Origin: Lama glama
Lineage: Eukaryota
DNA: 64,000 nucleotides
Direction of reading: 5' to 3'
NCBI GenBank assembly: GCA_028534125.1
Contig: CM052816.1
Coordinates: forward strand, 5,768,001-5,832,000
The position numbers and the translations under genes were made by a program. The notes beneath the pieces were generated by a model. That model was not told where the DNA came from. It worked only from the letters and a program-made list of their open reading frames with translations, and searched no databases. Shown here one piece after another: positions 37,456 to 51,639 of this stretch; the stretch's first letter is position 1, and each line of letters opens with the position of its first letter.

Positions 37456-40199
37456 AGGCTCTGAGTTGCAAAGCTAGCTGCCCAGGGTCACATAGCAAAT
37501 TAGTGTAAGAAGTAGAATTAAACCCAGGTCTAACTCCAGAGCTCTATTACTCTGTTGAAAAAGCCTTACGTATTTTCAAAAGTCTTGCAAAACCAGTATC
37601 TGTCACTCCAGGATACAGAGGAAACCATCATAATGCCAACTGCTAAGAAACAAAATGAGGTGCCCAGGAGGTCAGGAGGGGACTGGTGGACAGTGTGGTT
37701 TGGCAGGCAGAGTCACCACCCAGGTGGTGAGTTTTGCCAGGGAAGCAGGCATGGAACTTGGATCCAGTTCCTGTTCAGGCTTGAGCTGTGGAATAACCCT
37801 GGGCTGGAGTGAGTGATGCTGCCAATATCCTAGAGTCATAACACTGCGCCTGGCAGCCTTCCCCCTTCTCGTGGGAACAGCCTCCAGACTTCCCTCTGGC
37901 CGGTGCTGGGCCAGGAGCACAGCCAGATAAAAAGATGCACGTCAGTGAGTCTCTGAAAGCTCTCAGCAGAGAATAAATGGTTGGTGGGACGCCAGGGACA
38001 AAGCAGAAAGGAAGTAAACAGATAACGCAAAAGAAGGGAAAGAAAAGTTAAGATTTTTTTGAACCCCTGGTGTATGCTAGGCACAAGGCAACATGCGTTA
38101 GCCTCTGTTTGCTCATGTATAATTACAAGAATCCTATGATATTGGTATTCATGGCCCTCTTTTTAAAGCTGAGGAAACAGGCTTGGCGGTTAAGTTACTG
38201 GCTCAAGTCTTACAGCTCGTAACTGGTGGGGTATGATCCAAACCCAGGACTGTGTGATTAATGGTACACTTGGTCTCAAAACACAATCATCTCTCCTTCT
38301 TTGCTTGGGCTCCCCACCACCAGCCACCTTACCTGGGGCTCCTTCTGTAAGTCTAGCTTTCTCCCTTGGGACCAGCCCACGTCTCTCCTTTTCTTCTAAG
38401 CTAGCCCTGGTCTGTGATCTTTCTCTCTATTCTACCTGTTGACTATAAATCCTGCGCTTGGGAATTATTCAAATACACATTCTGCTTTATTATCTCCCTT
38501 TTTTTCTTGTATATCTTGGTTCTTGCAAAGTCAGAGGTCTAGTCTCATGGGGTTTTGTTTATTTTGTTTTTGTTTTTTGTTTTCTTTTTCACATCTGCCA
38601 TAATGCTTAGCATTGTACCTAAGGCAAGGTTTATATCCTAGATGGTACTCAACTGAAACATTTGATTGATTAATCCTCTCTTGTATCTGTAGAAATAGAA
38701 ACCTCTAGTAACTGGAAACAAAGCAGAATCAACTCCCTGCTCATTTTCTCTCCCTGTTCTCAGAATGGGTCCCTACACGGAGGACAGGGCATGAAAGAGA
38801 AGATGAATACCAGGTGAGCGCCCAGCCAGACTTCCACAGAAGGGAAGGCATCTTTCTGCCTGACAGCTCCTTCTGTCTGCCGCTCAGGAGATAAATAACC
38901 TGGCAGCAACAGTGGCAGGGACTCCTCAAGTGCCAGGATCTTCTCAATTCCAGAAATTAGACCCTGGTTGATATGGGTCTATCCATGGTAGACCAAGTCT
39001 TAATACCGATCAGTAAGGTGCTCCAAGGGGAGTAGGGAGTTACTTCCTGGTGGCAAGTAAAGGACTGGCCCAACATCGCCCGTTTTAGACCCTGTGTTTC
39101 TTAGGGGAGACTCTAATGGCTACACATCAGGATATAGGACCCCAAAAGTCATGATACTGAATGTGAGCCCTGAACCCTTGGCTAATGAGTACCTAGGGAT
39201 GACCTAGATGGACAGGTCCCATGGCTCAACACGTGCCTGCCTCAGTGCCTTTGCTCTCGGCGATCCCCCACCACAGATTTTTCTCTTCATTTCTCTTTTC
39301 TTTTGTAGAAAATCCTATCTCATCTTTCAAGCCACAGTCCGGTGCTTCCCAGAGGTCTCTTTTCACTGCAACCCACACTAATATTTCCTTTATCAGAAAA
39401 AAACCTACCATCAACTCTGCGTACCACAGCGTTTAGCCCTCAGTTACTTATTACCCCCAGTGTTACAGAGAGGCAGCATGGTGCAGTGAGAAGAGCCTAT
39501 AATTTGGGATCAGTGGGACCAGAACCCATTATTTCCTTGCTATGCAATCCTGAAAATCTTTACGAAGTGGCACAGGCATCCTTGTTCCTCTGCCTTATCA
39601 GCTGCGTTGTGTCCCAGTGGATGACGAGCCATCACTTCTTTCAGCTAAAGGTCAGTGGGCTCCTGCCATTTTTTTTTTTAGAGTAACAGTGAAATAAAAA
39701 TCCTTAAACATAAATCTTGCTACATTTGCACAACCATTTCTGTAGGATATATGTGTAGAGTCCAGAAGGACCATAATTTTAAGACCTTTTGTCATCCTTT
39801 AAAAACATGCCCTCTCCAGCTTTTGGCTCTGTGGAATCCCACCCACAGCTGAAACCCAGAGGCTGGCCTCTCCACAGTGGCACCAGTTACATCTTTGCTC
39901 ATGTCTTTGTTTGGCCATCTCCCTCACCCAACTGGCCGTATTTCATTCACTCTGGGTGGGGCAGAATGCATCCCTAAGGGTCTACCTCTATTTTCCCCAG
40001 GAGATGGCTTTTAAAGACAAAGAGACTGTCAGGAATAATAATGGAAGAAAACCCAAAGCAGAAAAAGTCCATTAAAAAAAAGTTAGGGAACCCTACAGAA
40101 GAAACAGGATGACTTTAAAAAAAATGGATTCTAACAATCCGCAGGGATCCCTAAGAGACCTGCAGAAGATTTCTGGTCTTTGAAGACAAAGGCATGTCA

Positions 40200-41110
40200 A
40201 AGATAGATCGTGAGTCTTTAAATCCAACAGACCCAGGTTATAATCCCAGCTGTGCTGGGTAACTAAGAACAAGAGAGTTAATTGCTCCGAGCCTCAGTTT
40301 TCTCATCTCTAAAATGGTGTTGATGTCCCTGAGCAGAGGTTGGTGTGATGATTACAGGCAACATGATTCGACACTTACTAGACTGCCTGCTAAGTAGTAG
40401 GTGCCACAAACAAAAGCAATATTACTACTACTTTCCCAGCAAAGAGATTAGAACATTCCTGAAAAGCGGAATAACTGGCAACACTAAGGTAACAGGGAAC
40501 TTTATTTTCTGGGTTTGTCTGTTAACTTCCTATTTTCCAGTTCTTCCTGCTTTTCCTCCAAATCCATGGAAAGACCAGGACTGAGTTGCCCCATGTGACA
40601 CAGTTAGTGACAGCCAGACACTCTCTGAGTTTGCTTTTTCTCCATTAAATGAACAACATGACATGGTCCTTACAAGGCTACTCGTGAAAATGTGTGTATT
40701 CACTCAACAAACATGTATTGAGTATTTAGAACGCACGACACCCCGTGTCAGGTTTTGGACGAGTGGCAGAGCTGAGTTTGCTAGGATGCGTTTTGGTAAG
40801 CAACAGAAATGGGCAACAGTAGCTCGGGGTTGGAGACACAAGATGCCCTCAGAGAGGTTCACATGGCAGTGGCCACAGCAACGGCAAGGTCAGCACCATC
40901 TACTGTTTGTGTGTCAGCCCTGTGCGAAGGGAGAGCGCTCCATGCGTTATGTCACACTCAAAATAACCCTTTGAAGTAGGTGTTCTTCTTATTTCCATCT
41001 TCCAAAAGAAGAAACTGAGGTGCAGAGACGTTAATTTCCCACGTGCACACAGCCCATTAAGCAGCAGAAGGAGGATTCAACTGCGGGCAGCCCCATTCCA
41101 GAATTCAGGC
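40200..41110. mobile_element. MIR SINEs (about 40200-40430 plus, 40890-41110 minus)
   Basis: gagcctcagttttctcatctctaaaatgg; gaagaaactgaggtgcagagacgttaa. Confidence 0.7.
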
Positions 41111-42329
41111 TCTAACTGTTCCTGCAAAGCCGAGCCTCAGGGGAGGGAGTGCATGGGGCTGGGAGGGGAGTGGTGAGAAGGAGAAAGATGGGAGATGGCC
41201 CTCCACATAAAGGGAGTGAGTGGAGTATGGATGTAGCCTGGGCCTGGGCAAATGGAAGGAGGCACAACGTGGCTTGGCTAGAGCCCTGGCTGAGTCTGGG
41301 AATCAAAGGGACACTAGTCTGGGGCTGGGGCCATACTAGGCACCACGTTGCTCCCATTTTGAAGAGGGAAAAGTGAGACAGAGGGTGGGCTAAGAGACTG
41401 AGCTGCTTTCTAAGATCTTCACCACCTCCTCCAACCCAGGGGCCCGCCTCCTGTGACACAGCTGCTCTGTGTCCCCCCTTGGGATGGGCTGCCTTCAGCT
41501 CCCAGCAGGTGCTGTGCCTCTCTCTTTCAAGGCCTATCCCACCAGATACACATGGTGACTGTTGTCACATAGGTTTGTCGTTTCTGTGTCAGTGGAACGC
41601 ATTTATTTTCTGCTAGCTACCTTGGACTTCATTCACCTCTGATCTCTTTTGAATACAGCTAGGGTAAAAGTATTCATTCGCCACCGTTGGGTGGTGGTAC
41701 TTAACTCATACTCAAAACCATCAGGCTCGCCATGGGACTCTGAGCGTACCTACTCCATCAATTCAATTAATTACGCTTTCGTTTTCCGCTTTTTTAGAAC
41801 TCAGTAGTTCTTTCCAGATGAACAATTGGTCTCTGGATCTCAGATGCTATATTTCCGGAGAGGGTTTAAAAAGAAACAGGGGGTTCTCTCCAGGAAATGT
41901 AGATCCTAGGAAGATGTAGGCGGGCCTTTCTGGATATAGAGCTAGGGGGAGCATCTTTCTTTCAGCGCAGCCCTATTCAAGGCCTGGATTTTCCAGGGTA
42001 TGTGAAAGGAAAGAAAAACATAGTAATCAGATTTTATCCTTGGAACCAAAAATGGTGGCTGGGGTGAGGGAGGAGAATTCCTTTTTAAAAATAGGTAAAT
42101 ATGATATACCAAGTATGTCTAAATGCGTTAAAGATACAGTGGTCTTTTATATTCTCCATCCTTCTTCCTGGGGTCCCCAGCTGATGCTCCACAAGCTGAA
42201 TCTAGGTGTGCTTTAGTTTCACCTGCACAGAGTTTCCCTGGCAGTGACTGTCTGGGACCAAGTGGGAGCTGCCCCTTTTTAGCTGACATATGCATGCCAA
42301 GTTCATCACAGCCCCCAGTGGACCCAGTT

Positions 42330-42595
42330 TTTGTGTGACTGAACTTACATTGATTATCTGTGTGACCTTGTCTATGTCCCTTCCCCTCCTTGTAAGCCAG
42401 AATCTTCACCTACCAAACTGGGATAGGGGTGTTGATTACATTTCATTTTGTGTATTGCCTGCCTCCTGTCACCAGAAGGTAAGCTCTAGGAGGGCAGGGA
42501 TTTTTGTCTGCTTTGTTCAGTGATGTCTCCCATAGCACCTTGAACCATGCCTGCCATACAGCAGGTGCTAAAGGAGAGAATAAATGTTCCTGAAC
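42330..42595 (+). mobile_element. L2 3' end (adjacent to a MIR fragment)
   Basis: ccagaaggtaagctctaggagggcagggatttttgtctgctttgttcagtgatgtctcccatagcacc. Confidence 0.7.
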
Positions 42596-43339
42596 CAATC
42601 CCTTTCGTCTCTGTGAAACACCGTCTGAATATTTGTCTATTGTGATTTTGAAGGAAAAAAAATGTCTCCTTCAATTAAACTGTTCATGCCCTGGACTTTC
42701 ACAGCAATCTAGAGAGAAGGGAGAGCAGTTTGACTTCTCCCTGGCTGATGGCCAGAACTCCTGGCTGAGAGGCAGAAAGTGATGCTTTTCATTTGTGTGT
42801 CCAGCAAAGCTTTTATCCTCCTGACTCTGCCTTCATTTTAATACTTTGTGTGGTTTGTGGAGGCTCTGAAACTTCTACTCCTGTGCTTGTCCAATGGTCT
42901 GTGAAACTGCGCAGTATCAGAGCCTGGCCTTGGGTCTCACCATCAGAGGGTTAAAGTTGAAAAGGAAGGAGGCATTGAGCTGGAGTCCCCCAGGGATGGG
43001 ACCCTTCACGGTCCCTGCACAGGTCACACCTGTCACAGCTGCGTTACCTGCTAACGGCCAGGGAAACGCAATCAGGGGGGATGTAGTCTGGTGCATCCTC
43101 TATGAGCTCCTCCTGGTGGCCTGGCCTGCAGAGGGAGCAGGCTCACTGGCTAAGCCTTTGCCTCCAGTGGCCACACCCAGGGCCTCTGTCCCCTGGCAGG
43201 TAACACACCACAGGGCAGTGAGCAGGCCGACCCTGGGCTCACTCAGTATTTATGGGTGTTGATTGGCATGATTTCTGGCTGGCCCCTAGATCTTATGTCT
43301 CATACTTCCAAACTGCCTTCCCTGCACAGCATCCTAGTT

Positions 43340-43505
43340 CGATGGCTTTTAAACTTTAATTCCCACCTGCCCTGGGGAAAGGCGGAGGGCTGTGAAACAT
43401 GTATTCCTCTTTCCAACTGCAGAATTTCCAATTCCACAGACCTAGGGTGAGGCCTGGAGATCTGATATTGACAGGCATCCCAGGCGATTCTGACTTAGGG
43501 CTGCC
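43340..43505. mobile_element. MER5-family MITE fragment
   Basis: agaatttccaattccacagacctagggtgaggcctggagatctgatattgacaggcatcccaggcgattctga. Confidence 0.55.
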
Positions 43506-44409
43506 AGCAGAAGCCCTCAGTCTTAGTCCCGAGACCCAAAGCATCTCACATACATTTCTTGCATCATCACCCTGGGCACACATCCTTGGGAAGCTATTCC
43601 TTGCAGCAGTGAATCTGTGTCCTGAATGAGGCTTATGTTTTCTAAAGATGAACTGTTTTTCTAATTTCAGACTGCTTCTGTCCACTTCCCTGAACATTCA
43701 CTCCCTTCTTTCTCCTGTGACACTCCAGTGTTATCAGTTTGGGCAAGAGGACGGGGTTTGCAGGGCCCTCTCTGGGAGGGAAAGCGGGACAGCAGGAGGT
43801 GGAAGGGGGAGGGGGTTCCTCGTCACCTCTCAGTGCCCTGGCATACTGGTTGCCATGGAATCTGTGTGTGACTGTGAGGGTCAGGCTGTCATTGGTTATC
43901 TGTTTGGGCTCTGTTCATTGGCTACCCTGTTCCCATGGTGAATCAGTCTCAGGGCCCCCAGCAAGCACATTAACAGGGGGAGGGTTGTGGAATAGGGTTC
44001 CCAGAGATCTCCAAAGTGCTATCACTCCCTTGCTTTAACCTTCTTCTCACTGAGAGTAATTATCTTCACTCGGTGGAGGTAATTATACATTCTGACACAT
44101 TCTAAGATCAGGAATGAAAGATGTCTGAAAGCTGAAATCATATTCCCCATTTTCTTCTCTTTCCCTAGGACCTTCCAAACCCCTCTTTCTCGTGTTAAGG
44201 CCATCAGATCCCAGAAAAGTAGAAGCCAGTGGGGAAGTAGGGGCTGTGGGAATAAGGAGTTGAAAGGCTCACTCTAAGTTGACTTGCGGGCAGTGGAGCC
44301 TGGATTGAGACAGCACTGGACTGGGTGTCAACAGACCGTGGTGACCTCAGGGACAATCCCTTCCCCCTTCGGGGCTGTGGTTTCCTCATCTGTAACGTGA
44401 GATGGATGA

Positions 44410-45290
44410 ACTAGATCACTTTGAGGATCACAGCCAGACCTAAATTTCTCTGCAACTGCCTGGGTCCACATTTCCCAAACGCTTCCCACATCTTGGAGGC
44501 ATCACTGATGCTCCCCTCTCCTTCCCCTCCTACATCCAATCTGTCAACAAGTGCTGTCAGTTCTAGTTTCAGAGTAGAGCACTCATCCGTCTCCATGACC
44601 ATCATCATTTCCATCATTATGATCTCCCCCAAGCATCTGTAAGAACCTGTTGCTTGGCCCTCTGCTTCCACTCTTGACTATTCTCTGCTTGCTTTCACTT
44701 TCCTCATAGCTCCCTAGAGTGGTATTATAGCATGTAAATCAGTCCTCCCCTTGATTAAAACTCTCCAGTGTCTTCCCATCATATTCAGAGCAAAGCTTTC
44801 AATCTATACTCTTGGCCACATGTCCCTGCATGCTGTGGCCTCTGCCTACTTCTCTAATATTGCATTAAACCCCTGTTTTTCTTCTTTCACAACAAGACAG
44901 ACACACTAGTTACTCCACCCATCCTTGAAAGCACTAAGCCCTTTTCCACCCAAGGGCCTTGGCACACAGCTATTATGTCTCCCATTTCTGTACAAGTCTA
45001 GCTCCTTGCTTATCTGCTCCTCAGAGAAACTTTGTCAGAACACCCTGAGTCCCCTTTAATTCCACTTCCCTTATTGCTACAGCTGTTTCATTTTGTTTAT
45101 CGTGCCTCACAATTTATACATTTACAGTTGTATGTTTAATGTCTGTCTTACACCCCTGTACTTGCCAGCTCCTTGAAGCAAAGATTCCCACCCCCTCGTG
45201 CTCCACCATGAGTATATCTTCATAGCCTCGGCACCGAGCACCATGTGCTGCACTTGACAGGTGATTATCTGCTGAATAAATGAATGGCAT
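44410..45290 (+). mobile_element. L2 LINE with 3' end
   Basis: catccaatctgtcaacaagtgctg...aaaactctccagtgtcttccca...ctgctgaataaatgaatg. Confidence 0.75.
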
Positions 45291-45734
45291 TGGCCACAAA
45301 TGGGAGGAAAGCTACAGAAAGGAAAGCTGGGAGAACTGAAGATAAATTTTGCCTGGGACAATTTTTGTCCTTCCTTTAATACATCCCTTCTCAAAATGTT
45401 CCTGCCTATGGAAATCTAAAATATCTATTAAAAATAGGTCTTTGGGCACGAGAAATAGGCATACAAATGTAATTCATAGATGACATTTTTGTCTCACCAT
45501 CAACGTAATGAAAAAAAGTTGTAGTTTGTGATCACAGATCAACTGAATTTTAACTTTGAATGTTAAAATAGGTTTCTCATACAAACATTTTAAAGGGAGG
45601 AGGGAAGAAGCTTTTAAAGCAAACCAGTAGTGTTTCCTGGCGTACATCACTGAAGGTGCTAAGTCGAGATTATCTTACCTACTCATGGTGCTGGTGTAGA
45701 AAACATCGACCTTACGCACTGGGGCCAGTGCTGC

Positions 45735-46165
45735 TGGTTGACTCCCCAGTGTCCATTCTACCTGAGAGGCTAGAAAACCTAAATTCTTGCCTCCCCGCTT
45801 TCCTTGCTGCTAGCAGTGATCAGGGGCCACTGTTCTCACTAATGAGAAAGGAGCAGACTTCCGCCACTATGGGGTGGGGAGTATTCTGCTAAGTTTTCGT
45901 TTTCCTGATGCAAAGATACAGAACTAGCTGCAACACTTCTCCCTCTTCTGGCTGCTCGAACATGGTCACCACATCTGGGAGCCGCCATCCTGTGCCCATG
46001 AGAAAAGGCCACGTCCACCTGGGGGAACCACGGGACAGCAGACCCAGATTTCACTGAACCATGAGCCACGGTCTGCCCACTTTCCTTATCGTGTAAGAAG
46101 GAGAACTCTCTGATCATGCTACTGTGGTCAGATTATTGTGTTACTTGCAGACAACCATGTTTGAC
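45735..46165 (+). mobile_element. Old MaLR LTR (MLT1I/J-like)
   Basis: ttccttgctgctagc, gccgccatcctgtgcccatgag and 3' ggtcagattattgtgttacttgcag signatures. Confidence 0.6.
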
Positions 46166-48629
46166 CACATTTTGTTGACCTCTGTTTAATAGACATTAAT
46201 ATAAACTTCGAAGAGAGTAGAAAAAGATAAAGCTACTTGCATATGCATGCAAATACATGCAGTTCCGATGGAACTTAGCCCCCCAAATTCTCAATTAGTG
46301 AAGATTAACGATAAATTTTGTTAGGAAATTGCAAGAACAATTAATTGAAGCTCATTTAAAAGACTGTTTGCATAGAAAAATCCCCTTAAAAGTACCTCCT
46401 GCAGTGACCCTAGTGTGTCTAACACAGTGCTGTGCACATCAGACACTCATGAAACTTGTTGACTTCATCAGAAAATACGTAAACAACAACAGAAGTAATG
46501 TAAACACACTTCTGTTGGTGTTTGCAGTTGTCCGCGCGGTCCTGGCTCTCATCACTGTCTTAGCATTCCTGTGTTTTAGTCTGGCCCTAGTGAGATGAAG
46601 GGTGTGCCTTTTCTCTTTAGCATATATCCCCAAGAAACATCGTGATGCATATTCTGACTCTTAAGGGGGTTCCTGCAGGACCCTGAGCTCTGGGCTTGGC
46701 TGGCCTGATTTTATCAGGTAGGCCTGATAAACAAGAGTCCAACTCAAGTGAATAACACTCCTTATTCAGGCAGGTTGACTCCTCCCTATGCCTGTCAGAC
46801 CTTTAAATCCAAAACAACAAATCCTTCCTCCCAGTTCCCAGGAGGGAGGGCCCTCAGGAATCTGGACATTGCTGGTCTCAGGGGTGAACTGCTGCTCTGC
46901 TTTGTTCATGGACTTCCCCAGGAGAGAGAAGTCCAGTGACTTGTAAATCAGTGTGAGCAGTGGCACCCTTTCTTCTAGTGAAGTTTAGCAGAAGTCCGAT
47001 ATCAAAAATTGATAAAATAATTAAAAATAGCATCTATTTTATTCTTTCCTATATGCTGGCTGATACTGCATTATGAGTTCTTTATATGTCAATCTCTTTT
47101 AAACCTCACAATGATATCTGAGGTTGTTTCCCATTTTACCAGTGAAATACAGATGCATAAAGCAGAGTTGTTTTATAAAAATGGGGAGGAAGGAGGCTGG
47201 ATACTTTCCTGTTCGGTCTCATCTTCACCTCAGCGTGAGTTCCTGAGATACCCTGGTGCAACCCACAGAAGTCCCAGGAACACAGTTTGAAACTCCTTCT
47301 GTAGCCAGAAGTCACAAAGTCACATGCTCCCAGGGGCCAGCTGAGTCACAGAGGAATGAAGGTGGTCCGCTGGGGGCTGTGCTGAAAAGTGGGGAGTATT
47401 GGCATCAGCACAAGGGGGCAGCTGTCACTCAGTTGTGGACAACCACTGCCAAACTTCGGATCAAATAAGAACATGCCTGGCAGAGAGTCAGCTCGTGGGC
47501 CGCTGACTTGAGACTGCAGGGGGAATGGTGGGGAGTGAAAACACACCCTGTGGCCAGACCGCAAGGGTGCCATTGGGAGGCAAGATGTCCACTCATGAAG
47601 GACATAACAGAGAAAAATCAAGCCCACGGGCCTTTTAAGATGCATGTGTGTTTTGATGGCCCACCACACTGACTAGTGAAGAATGATCTCTTCCCACTGT
47701 TTGTCCGCTGGCCTGACTTATTTTTAGCAAGCCCTTCCCCTGCTTGGTTTTATCTACTCTTCGCCATGTGTTTGCCAGGAGTGGCCAAGCGTCTAGTCTC
47801 ACACCTCCTCTCCCACGCAACCCCCCGACTGTCTTCTTATTTAAAGAAAAACAAGATTATCATGGTGAACGATGAGACATTTTAAATTATACAGCAGGCA
47901 AAAATGAGCCCTGAGGGAAGATTTTGTTCCATTGCCACTTAGGAACATTGGTCCTCATTGACATCCAAATGCAAAGCAGATGGGTGGTCAGGATGCCTCC
48001 AGCACATGTCTGTGAGGCCTTCCTTGGTATTCATGCACTCATGCCCCCGGAAAGTGAGAGTGTGTGCAGATCTATCCGTGGCAGCCAAATTCTAAGCCTT
48101 GCGTCCCTGCGTGCTTTACAAGCTTGGTAAGCTACAAGGGACCGCCTACTGATGAAACAGTGCATAGACATTAAGCAACTAAAAGGAAACACAGTCAGCA
48201 CTTATTTATCAGGTCAGTTGGAGGGGATTTGTGCTATGAAAATTCCAGAATACAGCTGAAAGAACATTACACGCAAAGACAGAAAGGGGGTCCTCAAATG
48301 TGGGACTTGGTATAGGTCAGTGGCTTTCAAATTTCTCTTTTCCCCCCTCCTTTCTACTTTTCCTTCCCCTTTCCTTTCCTTCTTACCTTCAGAATCCATT
48401 TCTCAAAAGAAATTGTATTCACAAGTCCAATATGTAAAACAGGAAAAAATGGAGCTACCCATGTCCCATGTCGGGGCTGAAACCTCACTGACTTGGTCAC
48501 CCCAGGACTCGCAATATGACATCGGAGGCACTTCCAAGAAACTTCATTTTTGAACCACAGGAAACAAATTTATACCACCATGGGAACTCAACTATTTCCA
48601 AGTTCTTACTCAGAACCAAGAAAAGAAGA

Positions 48630-48970
48630 ACTCTTTATCCATTAAAGATGGAGAAACTGAGATCTACAAGGGTCAGGTGACTTGCCTAGAGCCACCCAGA
48701 GTGCTAGAGCCAGAGCGAGAACACACTTATAATTCAGTGCTCCTTCAACCACTCAGAGGTGGTACAGGATGGTGGCTGAATTTCAACCCACCTGGCTACA
48801 AGCTATGGAGCCCTGGAAAGATATTCTACATTTCTGTGGCTCCTCATTTGTAAAAGGAGATGTAACGTGAGTCCCACTTTGTACTTCTGCAAAGATTCGA
48901 TGAGATAAGGCACACAGAGGATCCAAAACTTGCTTAGCATATGGTAGGTGCTCAATAAATGCTAGTGGTA
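48630..48970. mobile_element. Two MIR SINEs in opposite orientation just downstream (in transcript terms) of exon 11
   Basis: aaagatggagaaactgag...gtgacttgcctagagccac (minus); ctcctcatttgtaaaagg...gcatatggtaggtgctcaataaatgctag (plus). Confidence 0.7.
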
Positions 48971-49110
48971 CCTGTAAGATCCCGCCTCCTTTCTCCATGC
49001 CTTTCAGCTACAGGACATTAGAGTCGTGACTATGCCTGTTCATCTTGACAGAGCACATCACCCAGACACAGGATATGTCCAGATAATCCACAGCATGCAA
49101 TGGACAGTTA

Positions 49111-49692
<582 letters not shown>

Positions 49693-49879
49693 CTATGCAT
49701 ATTCTTTTGTATCTTAAAGGATGTGAGAGTTGTAAAGCTCCTTAGAAGTCCAACCTGTCCAACTCGCTATAAAATGTTTATGATAAATGGATGACCAGCT
49801 CAGTATCTTATGGGAGGGATTATCCCGTTGTTTGACAGTTTTAATCATTAGAGGTGTCTTCCTCACCTTACTGGAAGAG

Positions 49880-50322
49880 CTGTTGTAACATCTGTTCTTT
49901 TTTTTTGCCTGCCTAGCAGCAGCCATACCTCCTTGCTCTGGAAGAAGAACTACTTCTGCCCCACTCTCAGTCCTCCTGGTTCAAATGAGGCCCATCACCC
50001 TGGTTACAGGGTGAAGCACATCACCCAGGTCTGGCCATTGATGGACTCCACTCCCCTGGCCAGAACAATTCCTTCAAGGATGGCATAGGACTCGAGACTC
50101 TTTAATGAGCAGTGGCCCTGAGAGTCAGAGTGAGAGGTGCAGAAGCTATCCATGATGAAATAATTTGGGCCACCCTAAATTCAGGGCTTACCCTCAACTG
50201 CCTAGAGACATGTGTCAACAGGCTCTTGTTTGTCCCCGGGAGCATGAACCAACCCTTCTGTTTGCCTAAGTCAGTTTGAGTTGAGTTTATTTTGTCTACA
50301 ACCAAGACAGCCTTGGCTAACA
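49880..50322 (+). mobile_element. Old MaLR LTR (MLT1K-like)
   Basis: cacatcacccaggtctggccattg; 3' ttgcctaagtcagtttgagttgagtttattttgtctacaaccaagacagccttggctaaca. Confidence 0.65.
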
Positions 50323-50339
50323 AGGTAGTGAAGGCAAGT

Positions 50340-50446
50340 TTAACTCAATAAACATTTATTGGGTACTTGTTATGTGCAAGCCCTAGGCTGGATGGTACAC
50401 TGTGGTCTCTACAGTCAGGGAATTACAAACTAGTGGGAGAGATTGG

Positions 50447-50495
<49 letters not shown>

Positions 50496-50720
50496 AACTT
50501 TTCCAATCTACAGGGTATGCTTGATACGTGCTATTTAGAGATACAAAATGCTGCAGGAGATCAGGAAGGAATTAATACTGGCTGGGGAGATCAGGGACCA
50601 TGTCATCCAAAGGGTGACATGTAAGTTTGGCATTGAAGCGGGGGTAGGATTTTGACAGGTTGCTCCAGCACAGAACACACTCCCAGAGGAGGGACTCACA
50701 TGACTCAAGGCCTGGCAGAG
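50340..50720 (-). mobile_element. L2 LINE fragment containing a (CA)n
   Basis: actcaataaacatttattgggtacttgttatgtgcaagccctaggct. Confidence 0.65.
50451..50488. repeat. (CA)19 microsatellite
   Basis: Perfect ca repeat in intron 10. Confidence 0.95.
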
Positions 50721-51639
50721 AGAAAGTGAAGCAGTATCACAGATATATGTATATATTTTTGCAGGGAGACCACTAAGAAGTGCACAAATAATTTTGTTTT
50801 TAAAAGTCATGTAGATAAACATATAATAGTTGCAAGGAATGTTCATCTTTGGGCATCCATCATGTGGAATCACCAGCCTCGCTCTTCTGTCTTTCCTACC
50901 TCTACCTCACGGCAGAAGCGTGGCATCTATGCTATAAAAATCCACTGCTTTGCTGGCCTGAGATCAATAGGTCCTGGAAATCGAACATGACTCCGTGAAC
51001 AGATGTCATAATGTTCATTTCTGAAATGAGAGACAGGTCTGTGCAAGTCCGTCCGAGGTAGATGGCTTTGTCTTACGGTGCTGCATCACAGCCCAGATGT
51101 GAGGCTGGGACAGATGCTGTGCAGACCCGGGCCCCGCCCAACTGCCGGCTGGTGTTGCTTTGGAGAGATTTCCTCTGGTTACTCCCGATGGCTGGGATTT
51201 TTTGAGAAGGTGTTTTAAGTGGAATAGAAAGCTTGGCTTCAGAATGACTTGTTTCTCACTTACAGAAAGAAACTTTCCATAAAGCACTGTGGGATCAAGT
51301 GTGTATTTCATAGTAATTCTATTTTTTTTCCTAACACCCACTGCATAAATCTTGATACTTTTTACAAACACTTACAAGCCATTGCCAAGGAGGAGATATC
51401 TACCCTTTTCTCTGTAACCTAACATAGGTAGAAGAGGAATGGGAGGAGAAAAGTAATGGAAATGACTTAGAGGCAGTGACCACAGGTTACCCAGAAATTG
51501 GGTGGATGCTGCCCAGCTTTGAAAGTCGTAAAGGGAATTGAATGGACTTGTTTTATGCCTCCTGATGTGAGTTAATAAAAGGTACTGTGGACTGGAAAAA
51601 AAAATCACAAAACCACATCATCATAGTGCTTGGTTCATT

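Noticed and set aside
46718..46730. Resemblance of gtaggcctgataa to enterobacterial REP sequences
   Set aside because: Only 13 bp, single copy, in mammalian context; chance match
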